64,000 nt of DNA from a virus, in the IMG/VR virus record IMGVR_UViG_3300021130_000224, positions 32,001 through 96,000 of that record, one strand, 5' to 3'. Below, piece by piece: positions 45,201 to 54,050 of the stretch; position 1 is the first letter of the stretch; every line of letters begins with the position of its first letter. Made by a program: the position numbers and the translations under genes. A model generated the notes under the pieces. That model did not search any database. It was not told the origin of the DNA and worked only from the letters and a program-made list of their open reading frames with translations.

Positions 45201-47720
45201 GAACTTGACAAATTACTATTAAAGCAAGGTAAAGATCAATGGGGGCTTCATGATAAATACTCAAAAGAGTTTGATACTAAACTTCAGAAAGCCCAGAAAG
45301 ATGGAGACCTTAATTGGATAGTTGACAACATAAAGTTAAAAGACTACATGATTGATTATGAAGAAAGGTTTAATAAATACATGAAATGGGCTACTGAGTA
45401 TTTTTCTAACTATACTGATAATACCAGTAGAAATGAACAACTTCTTGAAGAAGCTAAAACAGACTTTCAAAAGAAGTATGATATCAAAGCTTATCCTAAA
45501 ACTGCTATTGCTATATCCAATGATAGATTAAAGCGATTTCCTACAGATACTTGGTTTTCAAATGAGTACAAGGAACTAAATAAATCTGAAAATGCACCTC
45601 TTCTTGAAATGTATAATTACATGCAAAAAAGGTTTAAAGAAGCTCATGATATAGGTATATTGGATCATAACTATATGCATTTTATACCAATGGCACCAAA
45701 TTCATTTGTTGAAACTGTAACATGGGGAGATAATAAATTTAAGAATATTATTAGAAACATAGGCTCATCTGTTACATTGCGACCATTTGATGCCGGTTAT
45801 ACTAATCCTATTACAAAAGAACCTGAAGACAAGCTGCTTGCAAGATATGTATCTGATTTGTCATCAAGAGATGCTGAAGGCAAAAAAGACTATTCTAATT
45901 TATCAAGAGATGTACTTTCCTTAATGCCATTATTTAACCTTGAGATGGTAAAGTATGAGTATGCTAAAGACATAGAAGGCATCGTTAAACTTCTGCTCAA
46001 GGTAGAAAAGAATAAACCTGTTCTACGTACTAACTCTTGGGGAGAACCTGTAGTAAAAGAAGGAAGAGTGCAAATGATGGATAGTCCTGAAAATTATGAG
46101 CACCTAAGAAAAATGATAGACTCTCATTTTTATGGAAAATCAGGTTCAGATGATCAGAAAGGATGGGGCTTTAAGTTTGATTATAACGGTATGGCTAATA
46201 AAGTAAATAAATTTATGGGTTCTGATGTAATGCCTTTATCTGAAGATGAAAAGGTATTTGTTTCTTTTCCAAAACTTATTGAAACAGTAAATAGAAATCT
46301 TACAATTAAAGCACTGGGCGTTAATCCATTTAGTGCATTATCTAACTATTTTGGTGGTAATTTCCAGGCATGGATAAATACAGGAGAAGTAGAAAGAGAT
46401 GATTTTGATTTTGCAAAAGTTCTAATTGGAAAAAATAACTTTTTAGCTACTGAAGAAACTAAAGTCATAGGTGGTCTCATGCAGTATTTTTCCCCTTTTA
46501 CTGCTGAAGAAACAAATGAAAATGCAAGAAAATATAGCCTTAATGATTGGAATAAATGGTTATCTACTCATACATTAATGACCATGATGAGAGGCAGTGA
46601 TCATTCGGTTGAAATGGTGACATCTTTGGCACTTATGAAAAACCTTATGGTTGTAGATGGTAAGTTAGTTAATATATGGTCTCATTTAAAAGAGAAATAT
46701 AACTACTCATCTATTTACAGCATGGAGTCACCACAAGCAAGAAAAGCTATTATTGATAAAATGAAAGCAGAGTATAAAGATCTAAAAGAAAAAAATTCCA
46801 TTGTAAAAACTTCTAAAATAGTAGATGGTAAAATAGAAATACCCGGTCTTATCAAAAACGATACATCTATATTCACTGCAAGAGCCAAAATGCAGAAAAT
46901 GGTAATGGATGCATTAGGTAATAGAACTCCTTATCAGAAAATGCAAATTGATCAAAACATTTTTGGTGCATCACTTATGGTATTTCATCACTGGATACCA
47001 CCATTAGTAAACACCAGGTTTGATAATTTACAATATGTTGCAAGTGCTCAAACTTACAAGTGGGGGAGATGGAAAATGTTAGGTGCAGCATTGCATGAAA
47101 AAGGCATAGGTGCATTTGGTCATCTTATTTCACATCTTAGTAATAGTGATGAAGATATTATCGCAACTGCAAAAGCTTTGTATCAAAAGAAAAGGCAAGA
47201 ATTTTTACAAACCGGTGAAATAAGCAATTTTGATAAAAACATGACAGAAGCTGATTTTATAGACATGTATAAGAAAAACATGGAAGCCAATTTTATTGAT
47301 GCATTGTCTACACTTTCTCTTATATCAGCATATTATGCAGCAACTGCAATGGCACCTGATAAAGATAAAAAAGGAAGAGGTTGGTACAAAGCATCTTTAA
47401 AAATGTTAGACAAGTTTTCAGATGAGCTTGCATTCTTCTATTCACCTGCTTCGTTTTATAGACTTGTAGGTAATGCAAAGTTACCAATAGTAAATACTGC
47501 TCTTAATACTTATAAGTTTTTAAAAGCTGCAGGTAAAGAACTTTATTATGATGCAAAAGGTGATAAAGAAGCTGCTGAGAAAAATAAAGTTTTAAACCGT
47601 GTAATAAACGAAGTACCTCTTATAAATCAAGTAGTTAACTTTTGGACAATGTTTGATGACGATCTGTCAGTAGAAATAAAAGGTAAAGTTACTCCTGATG
47701 ATCCTAACAAACCATTATAA
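42213..47720 (+). CDS. Large polyvalent virion protein: zincin-like, permuted histidine phosphatase and PD-(D/E)XK domains, plus a helical C-terminal region
   Basis: PEEASHH (42807-42827); VTHG then LVRHGESEAN; AGTPDFL..DNLDWKF..QMKGY. Confidence 0.7.
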   Translation: MAIWGTDCGRVKLSGKMIKSVSAKNGNESKLYKDILEQLDTLPKEEVDQLRKSFKDWEGDIVGDVDNKRHLALALYAKTNSPNFKNEFKGQFDNNNEPVSKDALDILLKKNEELQEQKVESEDIYKQLPTEKEETKPSKASEVTVDEFKEFLKRAGIPLNEMVKGRVDENGNPITPENAAYISERLVNVIDGEQATALPEEASHHAVQYIKIHDPKLFKAMMNKVGNYNLYGEIAEQYKNDSAYKLEDGKPNIPKIKEETLTRLFVENVIKIKEGSTEKPELVAQTQTWWKQVIESLRSFFNTGSFDPFRKAAKQFVEKEGAFSDENVKNKVDQLKDWKSSENFKDFSTNTIENFKGVVEQVPDHTAIVTHGTVISLLKTWKDNKYQDGEVSMDVFQKQEINNGHIEEIDYNGKKIFLVRHGESEANVDDVESTDNTPLTQKGKEDAMKVAQELRDKGIVKIVSTETDRTKGTAEIIRKELGLSDKFAQVDKQKATFDAIVATLNKIKKEVTADENYYLNVEKNKKVQNRITDRAQRIVDAAFGDREISEEQRKEWDQKAATGSAGHDDIANIFSRYIDKTTGFVRKKNGQFAPLDMEGYVSKINPDNDDYYSMLEKMMRDVISEYPENTRFIWETPIYNELTDEAGTPDFLAILPDGTVDNLDWKFLDIKDNVKDIAKYKKKAFNVQMKGYAEILRNSYGVEKIGRSRIMPIQAKYKFDDITGQKIFAGIEIANSEDNYKGEKRDYLIPLPSEVETVRENSEIQDQVEKMNKLLDQLSKQKKEEISEDKKRTYEQRIAEVMKAIRYAQVKKDATSAVESISGYLNEIGPKFKEYMKIFEEGKESQYTLSDLNRMADEVYRSYEYLAPFYNLEHVYKDPETKAMLYDLSYRISEAGKYMDKLSALLIEKGVANRFNLFGVAGTDPMTGKPFADQLVSWGKKLWTTSANAKTRAGQLFHHVRDLVYQKSTFKNMEVQDGYDKIAQPVLEWVKKRSRKELDKLLLKQGKDQWGLHDKYSKEFDTKLQKAQKDGDLNWIVDNIKLKDYMIDYEERFNKYMKWATEYFSNYTDNTSRNEQLLEEAKTDFQKKYDIKAYPKTAIAISNDRLKRFPTDTWFSNEYKELNKSENAPLLEMYNYMQKRFKEAHDIGILDHNYMHFIPMAPNSFVETVTWGDNKFKNIIRNIGSSVTLRPFDAGYTNPITKEPEDKLLARYVSDLSSRDAEGKKDYSNLSRDVLSLMPLFNLEMVKYEYAKDIEGIVKLLLKVEKNKPVLRTNSWGEPVVKEGRVQMMDSPENYEHLRKMIDSHFYGKSGSDDQKGWGFKFDYNGMANKVNKFMGSDVMPLSEDEKVFVSFPKLIETVNRNLTIKALGVNPFSALSNYFGGNFQAWINTGEVERDDFDFAKVLIGKNNFLATEETKVIGGLMQYFSPFTAEETNENARKYSLNDWNKWLSTHTLMTMMRGSDHSVEMVTSLALMKNLMVVDGKLVNIWSHLKEKYNYSSIYSMESPQARKAIIDKMKAEYKDLKEKNSIVKTSKIVDGKIEIPGLIKNDTSIFTARAKMQKMVMDALGNRTPYQKMQIDQNIFGASLMVFHHWIPPLVNTRFDNLQYVASAQTYKWGRWKMLGAALHEKGIGAFGHLISHLSNSDEDIIATAKALYQKKRQEFLQTGEISNFDKNMTEADFIDMYKKNMEANFIDALSTLSLISAYYAATAMAPDKDKKGRGWYKASLKMLDKFSDELAFFYSPASFYRLVGNAKLPIVNTALNTYKFLKAAGKELYYDAKGDKEAAEKNKVLNRVINEVPLINQVVNFWTMFDDDLSVEIKGKVTPDDPNKPL

Positions 47721-47832
47721 ACGGCATATAGAAATCGAATTATTTTAAATTACCTATTGTTTGCATCAAGGTAGCCATTACTTTTACACTGCGGTTACCT
47801 ATTGAAGACGATAGTTTTCTTTACCTCTTAAA

Positions 47833-48219
47833 ATGTTAAATTGTATGGACTACGGACCAATACAACCAGGAACCAAATCTACCCTTAATGGGATGAGACC
47901 AACTCTCAGATCCTCTGAAGAGTCAAAGTTCCTCTGGTTACTTATCGAAGAAGTTAAAAGGCTCAATGGGGCTCTACATAACGTATTCACATCTGCTCCG
48001 GCAGCGTTTACAGTAGGTACAACCACAGGTGCTCCAACAAACGGTGTATCGTCTTGGACAATTACTACAATTAATGTGATTGGAAAGAATCCTGTATTCT
48101 TACTTAATGGTACTCCGAAAGCAGCAGGTGTAGATTATACTTTTAATAATGCAACAGGAATCATGACCTTGAGCAGTGGTACATTTGCTACGGCCCAGGT
48201 ATGGACAGTAATATATTAA
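47833..48219 (+). CDS. Small putative structural/decoration protein
   Basis: Short helix, then a Thr-rich Ig-like beta region (VFLLNG...GVDYTF..ATG). Confidence 0.5.
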   Translation: MLNCMDYGPIQPGTKSTLNGMRPTLRSSEESKFLWLLIEEVKRLNGALHNVFTSAPAAFTVGTTTGAPTNGVSSWTITTINVIGKNPVFLLNGTPKAAGVDYTFNNATGIMTLSSGTFATAQVWTVIY

Positions 48220-48240
48220 TAACTTTTAAAAAATAAAGCA

Positions 48241-48642
48241 ATGACAAACCAATTTAGTAACAATGATCTTTACCTGAAGTCAACAGGTCCGATTACGTCA
48301 AATAATCCTGTAGCAGGTGTAGGTTATGCAACAGGTGCAGGTGCTGCAAACGCAGGGGTAGCAAGAACAGGTACAACTGCAATTTCAAATACCTTAACGG
48401 GTTCAATTACTTTAGCAGCCGGTGCAGGAAGTGCGACTCCTGCAACTATTACACTGACCAATACTGCAATTGCAGCTACTGATGTGATAGTAGTTAACCA
48501 AAAGTCAGGCTCAAATCTGTATGAAACATTTGTAACAGCAGTAGGTACAGGTACATTTAACCTTACTTTCTTTACTACAGGTGGTACAACTTCAGATAGC
48601 CCTGTATTTAACTTTGCTGTAATTAAGGGTGTTACTTCATAG
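48241..48642 (+). CDS. Thr/Ala/Gly-rich putative head fibre/decoration protein
   Basis: GVGYATGAG, GSITL..ITLTNTAIAATDVIVVN..FNFAVIKG beta-sandwich pattern seen in phage fibre tips. Confidence 0.55.
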   Translation: MTNQFSNNDLYLKSTGPITSNNPVAGVGYATGAGAANAGVARTGTTAISNTLTGSITLAAGAGSATPATITLTNTAIAATDVIVVNQKSGSNLYETFVTAVGTGTFNLTFFTTGGTTSDSPVFNFAVIKGVTS

Positions 48643-48677
48643 TAACTTCAGCAATTCGATTTTAAAACAACTACATA

Positions 48678-49706
48678 TTGAAAAAGGTAACGATACTTAT
48701 CTCAGTACCCTTTGACCTGTATTTTGCCTCGGAAATAGAAGTACAGTGTCACAACTTTAGAAAGTTTGGGTACAGTTCAGCTCTCCAGGTCATTGTTTAT
48801 GAAACCGGTGAGAATACATACAGGGAATACTGGGATAGATTGGCAGAAAGGTATAAGGAGGTTAAGTTCTTCTTCTACAGCGATGATAGCATTCAACATA
48901 TAGTGAAAGCATATCCTCCTTATATCCGGCCATTCTGCTTTCAAAAGCATTGGATGGCACATCCGGAACTTAAAGATTATACCATAATCTACCTTGATGG
49001 TGATGTAATATTTAGCAAGCACTTGGATTTTTCAAAGTATATTAACGATGACATTTGTTATATGTCAAGGACAAAATATATTGATGCTAATTATTTTGCC
49101 GATAAGCGAAAAGATGTACTACCATTCAGACTTGCTGATTACGATAAAGTTGATGTGCTTGGAAACATGGCAGCAATTGCAGGTATAAGTAAACAAACTG
49201 TAATTGACAATATCGAGAACACAGGAGGCTGTCAGTATATTCTAAAAGATATAACTGCTGATTTCTGGGCCGAGCTTGGTGATATGTGCATACAAATAAG
49301 TATGTACGCAAAAGACATCAACAGACAGTTTTTTTCGAGCGAAGATAAAGGCTTTCAATCCTGGGCTCTTGGTGATATGTGTGGACTACTGTGGCTTCTT
49401 TGGAAGCAAGGTAAAGAAACACGATGTCCGGAAGAACTTGGTTTTAGTTGGTCAAGCAATCCAATAGCAGAGTATGACAAGTATGCATTCTTTCACAACG
49501 CCGGTGTAATTAAAAACTACATGGAGTTACATGGTGAAAAACGAAAGTTGTTTAACAAGAATGATTTACGTTTTAGATCAAATACTCTTACCTTTTTCGA
49601 TTTGGAATATGAGGGTATATCCGAAGATTACTGTAGCATCATGTATGTAAAAGCAATCAAGGAAGTTAAAAACCCAATTTGCAAAACAAACAAATTATTA
49701 TACTAA
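48678..49706 (+). CDS. GT-A fold glycosyltransferase (resembles protein O-glycosyltransferases of the GT95/GT96 type)
   Basis: RPFCFQKHW...IIYLDGDVIF DxD motif, GGCQYIL, SWALGDM and FFHNAG; TTG start. Confidence 0.6.
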   Translation: MKKVTILISVPFDLYFASEIEVQCHNFRKFGYSSALQVIVYETGENTYREYWDRLAERYKEVKFFFYSDDSIQHIVKAYPPYIRPFCFQKHWMAHPELKDYTIIYLDGDVIFSKHLDFSKYINDDICYMSRTKYIDANYFADKRKDVLPFRLADYDKVDVLGNMAAIAGISKQTVIDNIENTGGCQYILKDITADFWAELGDMCIQISMYAKDINRQFFSSEDKGFQSWALGDMCGLLWLLWKQGKETRCPEELGFSWSSNPIAEYDKYAFFHNAGVIKNYMELHGEKRKLFNKNDLRFRSNTLTFFDLEYEGISEDYCSIMYVKAIKEVKNPICKTNKLLY

Positions 49707-49721
49707 CAAAATTTTAATATC

Positions 49722-50204
49722 ATGAACTATTCAGATAGAACCAAACTGAGACTTTGGGTCAGATTGGATGCCAATGGAGATGTAATTCCGGGCAGTGAAC
49801 AATACCGTCCTATTGGAGTAACTCCTAAGAATGGTAAATGGAGAATGGTGAAAGGTAGTTATTGTTGCGGAGCAGGTGATGCTATCATAATATTTACCAA
49901 TACTACTGCAAGTGCAAATATTACAGCTATCTCTACTGCAGATAATGTAATTAACTGGACTGGTACATTGGCAAATAATGGAATGATTGCTTTTGTTATA
50001 CCTAATGGATATGATGAAACATTTACTGTTACAACAAGTGCTTATTCAGGTAGAACATTTACTACTTCTGTTTCACAACAGAATGTAGAAGGAACTGCTA
50101 CAATATCTCCACCAACTGCTTCTCCGTATTCACTAATAGGATTAACAACTGTAATTACTACAAACGTAGCACCTGGTGCACAATTCTCAGTTATACTTTC
50201 ATAA
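49722..50204 (+). CDS. Putative structural/decoration protein
   Basis: Basic N-terminal domain (LWVRLDANG.VIPGS...GKWRMV...YCC) followed by a Thr-rich beta domain. Confidence 0.5.
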   Translation: MNYSDRTKLRLWVRLDANGDVIPGSEQYRPIGVTPKNGKWRMVKGSYCCGAGDAIIIFTNTTASANITAISTADNVINWTGTLANNGMIAFVIPNGYDETFTVTTSAYSGRTFTTSVSQQNVEGTATISPPTASPYSLIGLTTVITTNVAPGAQFSVILS

Positions 50205-50215
50205 TTATTCAAACG

Positions 50216-50524
50216 ATGCCTACACTTAAAACAAGTATTGACTACAGTAAGGCGTTTACATGGTTATTGGGTATTACCCTTGCTTTCTTTTCATGGTTTG
50301 GAAAAGTTGCCTATGAGAAACTCAATTCTATAGATGCCAAAGTTGAAACACTATTGGTTCAGAATGGAATCCAGAAGACCGAAATAGATAACTTGAAAGA
50401 ACAGATCAAAGAAATAAATCCTTACAAGAATAACAATGACAAAACCGTTGCTGTTATTCATCAAGAAGCAATATTACCAGATCAAACAGAGCTAAAGAAA
50501 AAGTATTCTTTAGTATCTAAATAA
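50216..50524 (+). CDS. Single-TM plus coiled-coil protein (holin/lysis accessory candidate)
   Basis: AFTWLLGITLAFFSWFG TM segment followed by heptads. Confidence 0.5.
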   Translation: MPTLKTSIDYSKAFTWLLGITLAFFSWFGKVAYEKLNSIDAKVETLLVQNGIQKTEIDNLKEQIKEINPYKNNNDKTVAVIHQEAILPDQTELKKKYSLVSK

Positions 50525-50536
50525 AATAAATTACAT

Positions 50537-51241
50537 ATGGTAGCATTACAATGGTTGAAAAAATACCTTAAAGACTTTACATGGAAAGACTTTGGATATG
50601 TTGCAATTATTGTAGTGCTATTTATTTGTAGTATAAGAAGCTGTCATTCTGACCCCGGGCCAATCCCGGTAGTCCCACCGGCTTACAAGCCAACTAAGCA
50701 GAAAACAGACAAAAAGGGAACAGAGTACACTCAAGTAACTGGGACTCTTTACACACCTGAGCAAATGAAACACATGGTGGATTCTATTGCAAAGGCCCTA
50801 GGGGTTAAACCTGGGGGTGTCACTGGGGTTACAGGTACAACAACTATTATTGATACACATGCCCACACTACGAAAACTGTCTACGTTGATACGTTCACTC
50901 ACACAATTGCTGACAGTATCTCTACGAAAGATTACTTTTTATCTTACCACGGGAATTATGCAACACGAGTTGGTGATTTCCATATGCAGCTTTCTCCTGA
51001 TACTGCTACTTATGTTAGTGTTGTTACTAAGCAATTGCTCCGGCCCGACAAATACGAAGTCAAGATCTACCATACCAACAAACTATTTGAGCCACAACAA
51101 GGATACAGTTATACCAGTACCGCACCGAAGACGATTGCAGTCATCGGTCCCCTTTTAGGAATGGGATATAATGGTAAAATTTTACCGGTAATTGGTATAG
51201 GTATCACATTTAATTTAGTAGGAATCAAGAAAAAGAAATAA
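50537..51241 (+). CDS. Membrane-anchored protein, spanin-like candidate
   Basis: N-terminal TM ending FICSIRSC, Pro-rich linker, C-terminal amphipathic beta hairpin (IGPLLGMGY..PVIGIGITFNL). Confidence 0.45.
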   Translation: MVALQWLKKYLKDFTWKDFGYVAIIVVLFICSIRSCHSDPGPIPVVPPAYKPTKQKTDKKGTEYTQVTGTLYTPEQMKHMVDSIAKALGVKPGGVTGVTGTTTIIDTHAHTTKTVYVDTFTHTIADSISTKDYFLSYHGNYATRVGDFHMQLSPDTATYVSVVTKQLLRPDKYEVKIYHTNKLFEPQQGYSYTSTAPKTIAVIGPLLGMGYNGKILPVIGIGITFNLVGIKKKK

Positions 51242-51555
51242 TGTCGGCAGTCGAATACATAGGGGAGCACATGCTCACTGATAACGAGCTTGAGATATTT
51301 AATCTTATGTTCTCGATCCTCTATTATTCTGATCCTGCATATAAGGCAACTATTTTTAAGAAAGATGACGAGATTATTGGGCACATCACTCCATCAAGGT
51401 CGGAAAATAAACAGGCTATTATAGACAATCTGTTATTCTTTAATAGAGTAATTAAATTAAGAGTTAGATATAGTTCATCATTAGCAATTAGTAAAAAAGT
51501 TTCTTTTAGGATACCTTTGGAAAAATCCAAATCTTCAGTACCTTTACACTCTTAA
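51241..51555 (+). CDS. Hypothetical protein
   Basis: TAATG-coupled 104-aa ORF. Confidence 0.55.
   Translation: MSAVEYIGEHMLTDNELEIFNLMFSILYYSDPAYKATIFKKDDEIIGHITPSRSENKQAIIDNLLFFNRVIKLRVRYSSSLAISKKVSFRIPLEKSKSSVPLHS
51516..51546 (+). promoter_or_regulatory. Bacteroidota-type promoter-like element (TTTG-N19-TAccTTTA)
   Basis: Matches the -33 TTTG / -7 TAnnTTTG consensus with one change; 18 nt upstream of the ATG at 51565. Confidence 0.45.
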
Positions 51556-51564
51556 AAACTACAT

Positions 51565-51837
51565 ATGTTGAAAAACGGAGCACAGTACAAATGGCCATCA
51601 GATGCCACATTTACTTTAACCAACGAACAGTTTGGTCTTTTGTATAGCAGTCTGAGCACAATGGTAAACACACCACAGTTCCAGTCTAAAATTGTTGAGG
51701 CACAGCAAACACTGGGCATTGCACAATTGCAGCAGACAATGAACGATGTTCTTGAAAAAGCTGTTACAGATGGTGTTGCCACTGAAATTATGCCTGAAGA
51801 CGGTACATCTAGTGAGAGTGCACCGGAAGAGCAGTAA
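51565..51837 (+). CDS. Hypothetical acidic protein; last gene of the + strand block
   Basis: 90-aa ORF with an A-rich leader; its 3' end overlaps the convergent nuclease gene. Confidence 0.6.
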   Translation: MLKNGAQYKWPSDATFTLTNEQFGLLYSSLSTMVNTPQFQSKIVEAQQTLGIAQLQQTMNDVLEKAVTDGVATEIMPEDGTSSESAPEEQ

Positions 51838-52573
51838 GGATAGAAATTACTTCCTTCTCAAGGTAAGGAACAACAATGGGGGTTATGGATTCATGTTCAT
51901 AATCCCCATTTTTATCTTTAGCAATAATAGGGTATCCATTACTATCCTGGCCGGTTACCTTAAACTTGATATGATAAATGGTCATAACACCTGGAGACAA
52001 CAAAGGGTTATGCTGCAAGATCATCCACATGTAAATGCTCATTTGCAGGGCATAGTGACTTAAATGGCAGTCATCCAGGTGTTGTATAGGAGCTAACATC
52101 TTCTTCCCCCGGAAACCGGCTGTTTCCAGCTTCTTATTTGTTTTGTAGTCACCTATGTTCACGGTATCTTGAGGTGTGCATTCTACTCTATCCGCTTGTC
52201 CACAAATACTGTATTTAGCATTATAGATAAAATGCTCTGGGTATACTCCTGGTTCTAATATTTGGTTACCTGCATATTTCCAGCCTTCTTTAATATGATA
52301 AGTAGATTTAGGGTTTACTTCAGCATCTTCCATTTTCTTATGAAAATGTGAACCTACTGTAGTACTTCTATTTTTTTCATTTTCCCAAATACGCAAAACC
52401 TCAATAGGGTTCATTCCGTACCATTTTGAGGTAGGATTTGCTACATTTTTGTAGACAATAGATGAATCAAATGGTACTTTATAATGAGAAATTAGAGTAG
52501 TCACACCCAACCACTTTCGTCCATCGGGTGTGACTGACTCATATTTGTGACCTGTTTCAAGAAATTTTAACAT
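51809..52573 (-). CDS. PD-(D/E)XK exonuclease-family protein
   Basis: GVTTLI, GSHFH, ICGQADRV..IGDYKTN, HYALQMSIY. Confidence 0.8.
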   Translation of the reverse strand: MLKFLETGHKYESVTPDGRKWLGVTTLISHYKVPFDSSIVYKNVANPTSKWYGMNPIEVLRIWENEKNRSTTVGSHFHKKMEDAEVNPKSTYHIKEGWKYAGNQILEPGVYPEHFIYNAKYSICGQADRVECTPQDTVNIGDYKTNKKLETAGFRGKKMLAPIQHLDDCHLSHYALQMSIYMWMILQHNPLLSPGVMTIYHIKFKVTGQDSNGYPIIAKDKNGDYEHESITPIVVPYLEKEVISILTALPVHSH

Positions 52574-52606
52574 GTATCAAAGATACAAATTAAATACTTA
52601 TGTGTT

Positions 52607-52831
52607 TTATTCTTTTGTAACTAAGTCTTTTAAAGTTACATATCCTTCTTTCTCAAGGTCGTAAACATCAAAAGTAAATACAGGACCATCGTCACAAGTT
52701 TTTACTTTAATACCAGTAACAATATCTCCTTTTTCTGTTGGAACATTTGCTTGAAATACTTTACCTTTTGGAAAAGTGAAATGTTCATCTACTACTTGGT
52801 CTTTTATCCAAGTTACTTCTACTTTTTTCAT
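52607..52831 (-). CDS. Hypothetical protein
   Basis: 74-aa ORF in the co-oriented gene run. Confidence 0.55.
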   Translation of the reverse strand: MKKVEVTWIKDQVVDEHFTFPKGKVFQANVPTEKGDIVTGIKVKTCDDGPVFTFDVYDLEKEGYVTLKDLVTKE

Positions 52832-52837
52832 ATGTTT

Positions 52838-53170
52838 TTATTTCTTTTCTAACCTATTAAATGCTTCAGTAAATGCTATTATTTCTGCCTCTTTTCTACT
52901 TGCTGTAGAACTTTCTATAGGAAAACCATCCGCAACTCTGTACTTCCAACCTTGGCCGGGATTCCATACTGAAACTACAATACCTTGAGCATCAAAGAAG
53001 TCATACAAATCTCGTGACCAGTTGGCTAACGACAGAGTTATCATATTGTCATTAACAATATTATCCATTAATTCACCAGGTATCTGTTTTGAGCTTACTA
53101 TTGCAGCTTTTGTTTTTACATATGCTTTGAAAAGTTCAAAGCTTTTTGGGTGTGACGTTTTTGTTATCAT
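52838..53170 (-). CDS. Hypothetical protein
   Basis: 110 aa; DFFDAQGIVV...SRKEAE..AFTEAF..LE pattern; ATGA overlap with the upstream gene. Confidence 0.6.
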   Translation of the reverse strand: MITKTSHPKSFELFKAYVKTKAAIVSSKQIPGELMDNIVNDNMITLSLANWSRDLYDFFDAQGIVVSVWNPGQGWKYRVADGFPIESSTASRKEAEIIAFTEAFNRLEKK

Positions 53171-53535
53171 GTTAGAAATTTTGCTTTTGCAATATTAATC
53201 AATTCTTGGTGTTTCGGTTTAGGAAATTTATTTGTCTTACAACCATGGTCATCCATGCAAACAATTGCAATGTTTTCTTCTTCGTACCTGAGCTCTGGGT
53301 AAATTGCTTTATCGAGCAAATGGTCCATATAAGCTGTTCGCATCTCACTACCAAGACTGACATTGCAAACCACACATCTGTGTGGTCTGCTCTGCCAAAT
53401 CTTATTGTAGAACTCTCTGTCTTTTTCACTTTGCTTCCTATCAGCTTCCAACTTTTCTGCAGTTGGTGGTTTTCTTTTTATTTTATTTGGTTTACCTATT
53501 GGTCCCGGCTTACGTTTTAAAGGTGTTCGTTTCAT
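53167..53535 (-). CDS. HNH endonuclease (NinG/Ref-like)
   Basis: Basic N-terminus MKRTPLKRK, CVVC, DHLL.K..YPELRY...NIAIVC..DH. Confidence 0.7.
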   Translation of the reverse strand: MKRTPLKRKPGPIGKPNKIKRKPPTAEKLEADRKQSEKDREFYNKIWQSRPHRCVVCNVSLGSEMRTAYMDHLLDKAIYPELRYEEENIAIVCMDDHGCKTNKFPKPKHQELINIAKAKFLT

Positions 53536-54032
53536 TTGTGTAGTTTACTAAACATGTCATAATATTTATTAATTTCTTGCATTTTTTCATGACTACCACC
53601 TGGTACATCAGGATGATGTTTTTTACACAATTCTCTATAAATTCTTTTACCTGCTTCTTTAGAGGTAAATAATGGAAAGTAAGGATTTTTTAAACTGGCA
53701 TTTTTTGCGTTTGCTTTACTTCTCCAATTATTTGAATTGTTATTGCTACTATTGTTATTGCTATTAGAATTATTTGTTATTTTCTCAACTTTAATAGGAT
53801 AACAATTTGTAACCCATGATCCAGAAAACTCTAATGATTTTACATTAAATGTTACTTTTACTTGATCTCCTATTTCCAGAGGTTTAAGAATTGTGTAAAT
53901 TGAATCATCAAATAGAACAAATGCAATTTTCTTAGTACCGTCTTCAACAATAAATGTGCACTTTTCTTTAAACTTACCTGTAACATTTACAATAGGTGTT
54001 ACTTTGATTATTTTTCCGGTAAACTCATACAT
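53532..54032 (-). CDS. DUF3127-like OB-fold (SSB-like) protein fused to a C-terminal J-domain fragment
   Basis: YEFTGKIIKV...IAFVLF...IGDQVKVTFNVKS.EF.G.W.TN; Asn-rich linker; YRELCKKHHPD.GGS.EKMQEIN. Confidence 0.7.
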   Translation of the reverse strand: MYEFTGKIIKVTPIVNVTGKFKEKCTFIVEDGTKKIAFVLFDDSIYTILKPLEIGDQVKVTFNVKSLEFSGSWVTNCYPIKVEKITNNSNSNNNSSNNNSNNWRSKANAKNASLKNPYFPLFTSKEAGKRIYRELCKKHHPDVPGGSHEKMQEINKYYDMFSKLHK

Positions 54033-54050
54033 ATTTTGATTTATTAATGT

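Noticed and set aside
47721-47832. tRNA or other structured RNA in the intergenic gaps
   Set aside because: No cloverleaf or T-loop GTTCRA pattern was seen here or in the other gaps; only promoter-like elements.
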